Below, piece by piece: positions 35,851-44,496 of a stretch of DNA of 64,000 nt; the first letter of the stretch is position 1; each line of letters begins with the position of its first letter. The stretch is from Anaerolineales bacterium. GTDB lineage: Bacteria > Chloroflexota > Anaerolineae > Anaerolineales > Villigracilaceae. The stretch spans positions 13,603 to 77,602 of the forward strand of contig DASSBC010000078.1 of assembly GCA_035699125.1 (NCBI GenBank). Direction: 5' to 3'. A program made the translations under genes and the position numbers. Below the pieces are notes generated by a model, which saw nothing but the letters and a program-made list of their open reading frames with translations, had not been told where the DNA came from and did no database searches.

Positions 35851-36531
35851 ATGCCGCATGTGATTGTCTTTGACTTGATGGGAACCCTGTTGGACCTCCG
35901 GGCTATGGATTCGCACTTCGAGCGTTTCTTCGGAGATGCCGACGTACGAAAAGAGTGGTGGAGTCAAACCTTGCAGTTAGCGATGGCAGCTGTGGTCACG
36001 AACGCCTACGAAGACTTTGCAGTCTGTGCAGATACAGGGCTAGAAATCACAGCCCGACGCTACAAGGTCTCCATGCTAGGCGAAGAGAAAAACCTGATCC
36101 TGGGCACACTGCAAAAGCTGCGACCCTTTCCCGAGGTCGCTCAGAGTCTCCAGCGCTTGCGTGATGCCGGATTAAGGCTCGCCGTGTTGACGAATTCGAC
36201 GGCAAAGACAGCCGAAGCGCAGCTGGCTTTCGCTGGGCTGCGTGATCAGTTCGAACAGGTAATCTCGGGCGACGAGATCCAGTGCTTTAAGCCGGCGCCT
36301 GAAGTCTATCAATTGGCTGCCAATCAGCTGAATGTGGAGCCGGGACAAATGCGACTGGTTTCCACCCACGATTGGGACCTGACAGGCGCACTACGAGCCG
36401 GGTGCGCGGCAGCATTTGTCGCCCGGCCGGGCCAGGTCATGAATCCCTTTGGTCCGCAGCCGGATGTCAGAGGGGCAGATTTAGCCGATGTCGCCGACAA
36501 AATTTTGGCAATCGAGCTCGAGCAAAGTTAA
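35851..36531 (+). CDS. HAD-superfamily hydrolase, type II haloacid dehalogenase-like
   Basis: 226 aa. VIVFDLMGTLLDL (nucleophile Asp, no Asp at +2), VLTNST, FKPAPEVYQLA, VSTHDWDLTGA. Confidence 0.7.
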   Translation: MPHVIVFDLMGTLLDLRAMDSHFERFFGDADVRKEWWSQTLQLAMAAVVTNAYEDFAVCADTGLEITARRYKVSMLGEEKNLILGTLQKLRPFPEVAQSLQRLRDAGLRLAVLTNSTAKTAEAQLAFAGLRDQFEQVISGDEIQCFKPAPEVYQLAANQLNVEPGQMRLVSTHDWDLTGALRAGCAAAFVARPGQVMNPFGPQPDVRGADLADVADKILAIELEQS

Positions 36532-36543
36532 GATTATTTGACT

Positions 36544-37395
36544 ATGAAAGATAATGCACTGACAATCCCATCCAACCTACCCCGTACTCGCCGGGAAGCC
36601 TCCAAGGGCTGGGCATGGCCCAAATTCCGTGAGTTATGGGAGTATAGAGAACTGCTCTTTTTCTTCGTCTGGCGCGACATCAAAGTACGCTACAAGCAGA
36701 CCGTACTGGGTGCAGCCTGGGCTATCATCCAGCCTTTTTTCACCATGGTCATCTTCAGCCTGTTTTTTGGTCGACTGGCACAAGTCCCATCAGATGGACT
36801 GCCCTATCCGATCTTCAGCTATGCTGCCTTGGTCCCCTGGACGTTCTTCGCCACTGCGCTCACGCAAGCGTCTAACAGCCTGGTGCTTAGTGCAAATATG
36901 GTGAAGAAGATCTATTTCCCTCGCCTGACCTTACCTATTGCAACGGTGCTGGCGGGTGTCGTTGACTTTGTGCTGGCATTTGTCGTGCTAATGGGTATGA
37001 TGCTCTTTTACGGCCTGACGCCCACGATCAATGTGCTCTGGTTGCCCCTTTTCTTGCTGCTGGCTCTTGTCACTTCCTTGGGAGTCTCGCTCTGGCTCTC
37101 CGCCATGAACGTCCAGTTCCGCGATGTTCACTATACCATCCCTTTTCTGACCCAGGCATGGTTATTTGTCACGCCGATTGCCTATCCCAGCAGCTTGCTC
37201 TCAGAGCCCTGGCGAACCCTGTACGGGCTGAACCCAATGGCCGGTGTCGTCGAAGGGTTTCGCTGGGCGTTGCTGGGCACAGATACCGCGCCAGGGCCTA
37301 TGACACTCGTCTCCGCTGTGGTTGCGTTGATCTTGTTCGTCGGTGGTGCGTTTTACTTCCGGCGCATGGAACAAAATTTTGCAGATGTACTGTAG
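36544..37395 (+). CDS. ABC-2 type polysaccharide/polyol-phosphate export permease (Wzm/TagG-like)
   Basis: About 283 aa, six hydrophobic helices. Typical N-terminal ...LWEYRELLFFFVWRDIKVRYKQTVLGAAWAIIQP.... The track start at TTG 36538 is two codons upstream of the ATG. Confidence 0.8.
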   Translation: MKDNALTIPSNLPRTRREASKGWAWPKFRELWEYRELLFFFVWRDIKVRYKQTVLGAAWAIIQPFFTMVIFSLFFGRLAQVPSDGLPYPIFSYAALVPWTFFATALTQASNSLVLSANMVKKIYFPRLTLPIATVLAGVVDFVLAFVVLMGMMLFYGLTPTINVLWLPLFLLLALVTSLGVSLWLSAMNVQFRDVHYTIPFLTQAWLFVTPIAYPSSLLSEPWRTLYGLNPMAGVVEGFRWALLGTDTAPGPMTLVSAVVALILFVGGAFYFRRMEQNFADVL

Positions 37396-37404
37396 GGAAA
37401 GTCG

Positions 37405-38667
37405 ATGAGCAATCTAGCGATTGAAGTTGCCAGACTGGGCAAAGAGTACCATATTGGCGGCCCGCAAAAGAGTTACCACCGCCTAACCGATCAACTGGCG
37501 GATGTAGTTGCGGCCCCCTTCCGGCGCGCAGGTAAGCTTATGCGCGGCCAGGCAAACGGGGCGGCCGAGCTCAATGAAAGGATATGGGCTATCAAGGATA
37601 TTTCCTTCCAGATCAAAACAGGTGAGGTAGTGGGTATTATTGGACGCAACGGTGCGGGCAAAAGCACGCTGCTCAAAATTCTGTCTGGCATCACCGATCC
37701 CTCGGAAGGCTATGCCGACCTCTATGGCCGGGTTGGCTCCTTATTGGAAGTGGGCACAGGCTTTCACCCGGAACTCACCGGACGCGAAAATATTTTCCTG
37801 TACGGAGCCATTCTCGGGATGAAAAAGGCAGAGATCGAGCGCAAGTTGGATGAGATCGTAGCCTTTGCAGAAGTTGATAAATTTCTCGATACACCGGTCA
37901 AGCATTACTCGAGTGGCATGTATGTGCGCCTGGCTTTTTCGGTGGCAGCTCACCTCGAACCAGAGATCCTGCTCGTAGATGAGGTACTGGCTGTGGGCGA
38001 CATGGCGTTCCAGCGTAAATGCCTGGGTAAGATGGACGACGTAGCCCAGGAAGGGCGCACGGTGGTGTTCGTCAGCCATAACATGGGCCTGCTACAACAG
38101 TTGTGCGAGCGCGGCATCTTCCTCCAGAAGGGCACCGTTCACACCGATGGATCCATTGCCGAGGCTGTCGATGCTTATCTGCAAACCCTTGAGCAGACGA
38201 AAACGCTGGATCTTTCCGAACGCACAGACCGAAAGGGGTTGGGAAACGTCAGGCTCGTCGCCGCAAATGTGACCAATGGCTCGTCAGCAATCTTGAGAAC
38301 CGGACGCCCGGCGCGCTTTATTTTTCAAGTCGATTCCCTTGCCCCCGGTTTAGCCTGCAATTTCCATGTTTACGATACTATTGGTCAGCCCGTGACGAGC
38401 TTCCAGAGTCGGGTACATGGTCCGGAAGACTCAAGCGATTCTGGAAATGGTCTAAGGTTCGTATGCGAGCTGGATGAGTTGCTGCTTCTACCGGGTCGCT
38501 ATCGTGTGGATGTGGCAATTATCGGCGACAATCGTCTGCAAGATTTCATCGAAGCTGCCACAGTTTTCGAAGTTGCAGAAGGCGACGTTCGTGGCCGCCC
38601 GGTCCAGCCGGACGGAAAGTTCAGCGTTAGCATGTCGCATCGCTGGACGCTGCCTACCGATCGCTGA
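37405..38667 (+). CDS. ABC polysaccharide export ATP-binding protein (Wzt/TagH-like) with extra C-terminal domain
   Basis: Walker A GRNGAGKSTLLK, signature YSSGMYVRLAF, Walker B ILLVDEVLAVGD, plus about 170 extra C-terminal residues (beta-rich; a Wzt_C-like position). Confidence 0.9.
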   Translation: MSNLAIEVARLGKEYHIGGPQKSYHRLTDQLADVVAAPFRRAGKLMRGQANGAAELNERIWAIKDISFQIKTGEVVGIIGRNGAGKSTLLKILSGITDPSEGYADLYGRVGSLLEVGTGFHPELTGRENIFLYGAILGMKKAEIERKLDEIVAFAEVDKFLDTPVKHYSSGMYVRLAFSVAAHLEPEILLVDEVLAVGDMAFQRKCLGKMDDVAQEGRTVVFVSHNMGLLQQLCERGIFLQKGTVHTDGSIAEAVDAYLQTLEQTKTLDLSERTDRKGLGNVRLVAANVTNGSSAILRTGRPARFIFQVDSLAPGLACNFHVYDTIGQPVTSFQSRVHGPEDSSDSGNGLRFVCELDELLLLPGRYRVDVAIIGDNRLQDFIEAATVFEVAEGDVRGRPVQPDGKFSVSMSHRWTLPTDR

Positions 38668-38690
38668 GGCATTCGCGCTGAGCTAGGGTT

Positions 38691-39995
38691 ATGAATAGAC
38701 TAAGAATACATCGCAAAGAGACATTTTATTTGGGCATCATTCTGATTGCCGTCGGAATTTTGCTGCGCTGGTTGATCGAACGAACACTTGTATCCGATGG
38801 TCAAATCGAGTCTTCGCTTTACAGGGACTCAATTTTTGTCTTTCAAATTCTGGTGATCGTGGTTGGGGCATTCTTAGTTCTGCGGCAGCCAGCGATCAGA
38901 CCTCCCAAAAGGAGTGAGATCGTTCTGGTATTGTTCAGCACACTCATGACGTTCCTTTTGCTAGAGATGATGTCCAGAGTGTGGCTGAACTACCTGGCTA
39001 CACCAGATCAGTATGATCGCTATGTTTTGTTTACAAGCCTCGACTCCAGCGAATACGCCTGGATGCCTCATCCGTACCTCGGTTATTACCCAAACCCAAA
39101 TTACAGGAAGGGACAAACGTCTCATAACTCATTAGGCTACCGCAGTGATGAATTTCCTTTGGAAAAACCAGACGGTGTGTATCGTATTGTAGCTCTAGGT
39201 GGATCTTCCACTTATGATGTTAGCATCAAGGATAATCAAAAGACGTTCACGGCCCAACTCGAGAAGCTGCTCAAGGATGAATACGGGTATCAGAACGTGC
39301 AGGTTATCAACGCTGGAGTCCCGGGCTACAACTCTTGGGAGATCCTGGCAAACCTCGAATTTCGTGTGTTGGATCTTGATCCGGACCTGGTCATCATTTA
39401 TGAAAATACCAACGATGTTCATGCCCGCCTAGTCCTACCCGCTGCATATCAAAGTGACGATTTGGGCAGGCGCCAGGCGTGGCAAGTCCCCGATGTGGCA
39501 CTCTGGGAGCACAGCGCGTTGCTGAGGATTTTGAGCAGGTCCTTGAACATCACACGCCAGGTGTCCGTCGATGATTTTGCCAGCGCGCCCACGTATGTAA
39601 GCTGGCCATTTGAATCTCGCCTGGAGGAATTCGATCTAGATCCAGCGGAAATCTTAAGGAAAAATCCTCCAGTCTATTTCCGCCGAAATTTGGAAAACAT
39701 GATCGCGGTCGCCAAAGAACACGATGTAAAGATTCTGTTTTCGACCTGGGCGTATTCACCGTATCTTCATGATTACGCATCCGAGGATTATTACCAGGAA
39801 GGGTTTCGGGAGAATAATGATGTCGTTAGGGAGGTGGCCTCGAGCCATGCCATTCCCCTCTTCGATTTTGTAGAGGTGATGCCGAAAGACGCCAAATATT
39901 GGGCCGATGGACGCCATGTCAATGAGGCTGGTGCTTTGGTGAAGGCCAGGCTTTTTGCCGAGTTCGTTGACGCCCAAGGATTGATTGAGAAGTAA
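38691..39995 (+). CDS. Membrane-anchored SGNH-like protein (divergent block I)
   Basis: Two N-terminal hydrophobic helices. IVALGGSSTYD (GGS in place of GDS), NAGVPGYNSWE, IIYENTNDVH, WADGRHVNEAG (DxxH). Confidence 0.6.
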   Translation: MNRLRIHRKETFYLGIILIAVGILLRWLIERTLVSDGQIESSLYRDSIFVFQILVIVVGAFLVLRQPAIRPPKRSEIVLVLFSTLMTFLLLEMMSRVWLNYLATPDQYDRYVLFTSLDSSEYAWMPHPYLGYYPNPNYRKGQTSHNSLGYRSDEFPLEKPDGVYRIVALGGSSTYDVSIKDNQKTFTAQLEKLLKDEYGYQNVQVINAGVPGYNSWEILANLEFRVLDLDPDLVIIYENTNDVHARLVLPAAYQSDDLGRRQAWQVPDVALWEHSALLRILSRSLNITRQVSVDDFASAPTYVSWPFESRLEEFDLDPAEILRKNPPVYFRRNLENMIAVAKEHDVKILFSTWAYSPYLHDYASEDYYQEGFRENNDVVREVASSHAIPLFDFVEVMPKDAKYWADGRHVNEAGALVKARLFAEFVDAQGLIEK

Positions 39996-40086
39996 TCCAC
40001 GCCGGCTTCCTACTCAGTTCACGTCGCATACGTGAACAAGCCAGGGTGTCTTCTCGACCAGACGAATGGTGAGGAGGACTTAACGT

Positions 40087-41547
40087 ATGAAAATCATGCA
40101 GGTTAAGACAAGCCGGGTAAAAGTCGGGGCGCTATTCATGATCGTAACGTTGGCAGCAAGCGTTTCATGCCAGCCGACCACAGTCACTGTTACCCAGGAG
40201 GTCACCCGCGAAGTGGAAGTGACAGTCTTAGTGACTCAGCCAGCTGGGCAAGAACCCAATCAGAAGACAAAAGAACCATCGGCCTCGGCCGGCGAAACGG
40301 TCATGCCCCAAAAAACAAAAGAGGCGCCAATTCAACTAGTCCTGCCAGCAACTGAGCATGTGGGCATTGCACCATACCCTGACGCTCCGCTCTGCCCGGA
40401 CACGGGAGAAGCGCATGACCACAGCCTGTTTCATACCCTCTGGGATAACACGCGTGGCTGCCACTATGACCATGAACACGGTCAGGATCCTTTTACATCG
40501 GAGGTCGCGGCGGCCTTTCCTGGCTTCGATTTGCGGGCGCTGATCGGTGGCGTAGGAGTTGGGCATACCAATCCCTCCTCGCCGATGGAAAATACACACA
40601 AGCACGGTGGCTTCAAGTGGGATGTGACACTTTCTCACTCTGTGGGCTGCGTTGGCGGTGAGGGCTATCCGACAGGTGTGGATGCTATGGCAATTCAATA
40701 CCATGCCTTTGGGGATTACTCCATCGAGTTCGAGTCGCGCACCCATAGTGCAGTCGGACTCTTGCGCCAATGCCAGGCAGGCAATCCCACCGACTTCGGT
40801 TATGTGTTCGTCAACCAGTTGCAGGACTATGGCCAACGTGTAGCACCTTATCAGGGCAGTGTCCTCCCCTATCCAGACACACCCAATCCTGCGTATGAAG
40901 GCGCCCGCGCGCCTTACTTTAGTGTGACCTGTTTTGGGACCACATCATTCTGTAACAAGTTCCCTTCCTTAGAGGCCTTCTTAAGCCAGGACAACAGCGC
41001 CTCTTCGACGTGGGTTTCGGATCCTGGCAAGCTGACCGACTCCGGCTCGCATCTCTTTGCCCTGCTGTTCCGGGTGCGGGACAACTATCAAATCCTGGAT
41101 GACAGCGATCAGACCTATCCCTTTACCTTTGCCTGGTTATGCTCGGCGGATGGGGGCAAGAGCTATAGCGCGAAGCCCGGCTGCCCTTACAATAATACGA
41201 CCACGCGTGTGCATGAGGTGATGGGTGAGATTCCTCTCGACTGGGATAACTTGGCCGGGTTCGATACTGATCCTAGACATGGCCGGATCACCGCCGAGGG
41301 GTACGTGACTCGCTTTGGCGATCTCAATCAATCTTGCGCCGCACCCGGCACGGACTGCCACCCTATCAAGCTCGTACAGGCATTTACCGGCCAGTATGCT
41401 TCCCGATTTTCTCTAGTGCCCGGTGAGAAGGCCAGTTTCTCGGCGGCAAACCTGCCGGAACGAGATATCTACTTCTGCAACGGTGTTCCATGCTCGGAGA
41501 GTGACCCAGGTGCGGTGTCCTCGGGCTGGATTGGGCCGAGCAACTAA
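40087..41547 (+). CDS. Secreted Cys/His-rich protein of unknown function
   Basis: 486 aa. Strong SD (GAGGAGGA, 8 nt upstream). Signal peptide ending ...LAASVSC. Thr/Val/Glu-rich spacer, then a domain with 12 further Cys and His clusters (GEAHDHSLFH, GCHYDHEHG, NTHKHGGF). No family recognised. Confidence 0.6.
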   Translation: MKIMQVKTSRVKVGALFMIVTLAASVSCQPTTVTVTQEVTREVEVTVLVTQPAGQEPNQKTKEPSASAGETVMPQKTKEAPIQLVLPATEHVGIAPYPDAPLCPDTGEAHDHSLFHTLWDNTRGCHYDHEHGQDPFTSEVAAAFPGFDLRALIGGVGVGHTNPSSPMENTHKHGGFKWDVTLSHSVGCVGGEGYPTGVDAMAIQYHAFGDYSIEFESRTHSAVGLLRQCQAGNPTDFGYVFVNQLQDYGQRVAPYQGSVLPYPDTPNPAYEGARAPYFSVTCFGTTSFCNKFPSLEAFLSQDNSASSTWVSDPGKLTDSGSHLFALLFRVRDNYQILDDSDQTYPFTFAWLCSADGGKSYSAKPGCPYNNTTTRVHEVMGEIPLDWDNLAGFDTDPRHGRITAEGYVTRFGDLNQSCAAPGTDCHPIKLVQAFTGQYASRFSLVPGEKASFSAANLPERDIYFCNGVPCSESDPGAVSSGWIGPSN

Positions 41548-41576
41548 CCTTTGACAGACATCTTTATAGTTGACCT

Positions 41577-42905
41577 ATGACATCATCGCCTCGATTGAAT
41601 ATTGCTCACTTCTATCAGGAATCGAGCATCAAATTTCAGGAGCCTCAGGCTGCGCAAATTCATATTTATCACACCATGCACGGTTTGCAGCGCGCCGGTC
41701 ATGAGGTGTCACTCCTTGCCTTGCAGGGAAGACAAGTCCTCTGCACGCCGGATCTACAGGTGTTCAAAAACGATGAACGGGACGGCGGACACTACGGTCA
41801 GTTGGGATGGAGTGGAACCGCTGGATTTAAGGGGTTTGAGAGCGGAATCCGCCGCCTTCAGTCAGAATTGCATTTCCCTTACCTGGCACTGTTCGATAGT
41901 TACCGGATGGCAGAAGCCGGGAAGATTAACCTGAAGGGCTACGACCTTATTCATGAACGATTCAACTTGCTGGCTCTGGGGGGAGCATGGGCAAGCAAAA
42001 AGCTTGGTCTTCCGTTTGTCCTTGAGGTCAATGCCGATTTACTGGAACAGCGCAAGTTTAAAGGAATTCCAGAGCGAGGCCTGCGCCGTCTCTTCGCCAC
42101 CTGGGCGACTCGCGTGTGCTTTAAAACCGCGGCGCAGATTATCTGTATCTCTCCGCGGCTTAAGGAACACTTGCGCGACAAATGGGATGTCGACGAGAGC
42201 AAGTTAACCGTCCTGCCCTGCGCCGCCGATGTGGAAGCCTTCAAACCAAACTATAACTCTGAAGACGTCAGGAAACGTTTAGGTTTGTCGACGGAACCGA
42301 TAGTGATGTGGATAGGAGGGTTCTATCCCTGGCATGATCTGAGCCTTCTATTAGAAAGCTTCGCCCTAACCCTGCAGCGACGCCCGGATGCCAGGCTCGT
42401 CCTTGTGGGCGATGGTCAAACCAGATTAGCGGTGGAAAACACAGTCAAAAAAGCCGGGATGCAACACGCCGTGATCATGACGGGGAAAATTGCCCACTCT
42501 GAGATGCCAGATATGTTATCCATAGCCGACGTAGCTGTCGTCCCTTCGGCACCACTCACCGCTGGCATTGGAGGCACCGGAACGCCACTCAAGCTATTTG
42601 AATATATGGCAGCAGGCAAGGCGATTGTTGCCACGGCGCTCAATGAGGCTGCGGAAGTGATTCAGCATGGTCGTAATGGTATTTTGGTTGAGCCAGGCGA
42701 TGTCAATGCCTTTGCCGAGGCCACGCTGAAATTGATCAACAATCCAAACGAGCGTCGCTGCCTCAGTCATAACGCCCGTGAGCAAGCGGTCAAACAATTC
42801 TCCTGGGAACACTACACCAGGAGACTCGAGGAGATCTATTTCCGTGTAGTGAGAAATACCCCGTCTCGATCTCCAGTGGTAAACATATCGGGTAATGGCG
42901 ATTAG
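41577..42905 (+). CDS. GT4-family glycosyltransferase
   Basis: 442 aa. ...GTGTPLKLFEYMAAGKAIVATALNEAAEVIQHGRNGILVEPGD... GT4 C-terminal motif. Confidence 0.85.
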   Translation: MTSSPRLNIAHFYQESSIKFQEPQAAQIHIYHTMHGLQRAGHEVSLLALQGRQVLCTPDLQVFKNDERDGGHYGQLGWSGTAGFKGFESGIRRLQSELHFPYLALFDSYRMAEAGKINLKGYDLIHERFNLLALGGAWASKKLGLPFVLEVNADLLEQRKFKGIPERGLRRLFATWATRVCFKTAAQIICISPRLKEHLRDKWDVDESKLTVLPCAADVEAFKPNYNSEDVRKRLGLSTEPIVMWIGGFYPWHDLSLLLESFALTLQRRPDARLVLVGDGQTRLAVENTVKKAGMQHAVIMTGKIAHSEMPDMLSIADVAVVPSAPLTAGIGGTGTPLKLFEYMAAGKAIVATALNEAAEVIQHGRNGILVEPGDVNAFAEATLKLINNPNERRCLSHNAREQAVKQFSWEHYTRRLEEIYFRVVRNTPSRSPVVNISGNGD

Positions 42906-43028
42906 CTGGAATGGTGGGCAACTCCGATCTGCACAGTTTTGAGACTTGGACCGTCCCGGGTGTAACCTTTTCTTAATAAACCAAGTCTAGATATAACAAG
43001 CTCACAATCTTTCTGGCGATCCTAAGCG

Positions 43029-44408
43029 ATGAACAGACCCAATGTAATCCTTCTAACAATAGACACATTACGCGTCGATCGGCTTGGCTGTTATGGCAAT
43101 AAGGCGCATCTAACCCCCAACATAGACCGACTGGCACGTAATGGCATTCGATTTAACCAGGCGATCTCAGGTGGCTCCTGGACACAGGCTGCCTTTCCGG
43201 TCCTTTTAACCTCAAGCTATGCAGCCATGTACGGCGGCTGTCTTGGCCGCCTCGCCCCTGAACGACCATCACCCATTGAAACACTGGCTTCATCTGGCTA
43301 CACGACGGGTGGCTTCACAACAAATCTCCATCTCAGCCGCGCTACAGGCTATGATCGAGGTTTCCTGCACTTTGTTGAATTGGATCCTGGTGAAGTTGAC
43401 CCTCCATTACGGCGGATCAAAGGGGGCCAGCGCCTCTTGAAAATGGAGTTGACCCATTCTGTGCTACGTACGTTTGGTGTTCGCACGCGACCAGCGCGCC
43501 TGTACAGTCCCGCCACTGAAGTGACGGACAGTGTATGCCAATGGCTCGATCGGGTGGAGACGCCTTTCTTCGCCTGGGCTCATTACATGGACGTACACTG
43601 GCCCTACCACATGGAAGAAACGCTGGTCCACCCAAAAGAGATTGCCCGGGCATGGCAAGATATGTTAGATATGCATGGCCGATCGAACTTCGAAGGGCGG
43701 TCCGATCGAGATAAGCCTATCACACCCGCAGAGCGAGACCATTTCATCAATTTGTACGAGAACTCTTTGCAATACCTGGATCAGCAAATTGGACGGTTGA
43801 TCGATCATATCCAGAATTCGAGTTATGCCGACAACACTGTGGTAATTCTGGTAGCTGATCATGGGGAAGAGTTCCTCGACCATGGCCGTTGGGGCCATTG
43901 GGAAAGCAACCTGTTTGACGAAATCCTCAGGGTGCCCCTCATCATGTGGACTCCGAATGGGCTGCATGGCCAGGTCATACAGCAACAGGTACGCTTGCTG
44001 GATCTCATGCCGACGATTCTAGACCTTTGTGGCTGTCCCACTTCTAGTGGTCCGATGGGTACAAGCATGGCATCGCTTCTGCAACGGGGAAAATCGAAAT
44101 ATCAGGCAGAAGAAATAATCAGTGAGATGCGGCGCGATCCCTGGCACCGCGTCGCCGTACGAACCGAATCGTTCAAATACATCTGGGATAGTAAGCAGCC
44201 CGATCAGCCTGAGCTCTACAATCTACAAACCGATCCGCGTGAAAAACAAAATGTGCGTGATCGCTTTCCACGGGAAGTCAGCCATTTCCAGACCAGCGTA
44301 GACACGCACCGGCTCCAGGTGGCTGCGACAGAACCAGCAATCGCGGCTCCCAGGCTCAAGTTGGATGAGAACGTCGCCAAGCGGTTGCGTGATTTGGGTT
44401 ATTTATGA
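43029..44408 (+). CDS. Sulfatase-like hydrolase/transferase (alkaline phosphatase superfamily), non-canonical active site
   Basis: 459 aa. RPNVILLTIDTLRVDRLGCYG, ...VILVADHGEEFLDHGRWGH.... The position of the Cys/Ser-x-Pro-x-Arg formylglycine motif reads GGSWTQAAFPVLLTS. Confidence 0.75.
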   Translation: MNRPNVILLTIDTLRVDRLGCYGNKAHLTPNIDRLARNGIRFNQAISGGSWTQAAFPVLLTSSYAAMYGGCLGRLAPERPSPIETLASSGYTTGGFTTNLHLSRATGYDRGFLHFVELDPGEVDPPLRRIKGGQRLLKMELTHSVLRTFGVRTRPARLYSPATEVTDSVCQWLDRVETPFFAWAHYMDVHWPYHMEETLVHPKEIARAWQDMLDMHGRSNFEGRSDRDKPITPAERDHFINLYENSLQYLDQQIGRLIDHIQNSSYADNTVVILVADHGEEFLDHGRWGHWESNLFDEILRVPLIMWTPNGLHGQVIQQQVRLLDLMPTILDLCGCPTSSGPMGTSMASLLQRGKSKYQAEEIISEMRRDPWHRVAVRTESFKYIWDSKQPDQPELYNLQTDPREKQNVRDRFPREVSHFQTSVDTHRLQVAATEPAIAAPRLKLDENVAKRLRDLGYL

Positions 44409-44496
44409 GAATCCGTTCGCAAGGTATGCTGAAAAATGTTTTTACAGCGACGGTACTCTCGCAAGCGAGATTTCTGAGAATAATTAGGGTTTTACT

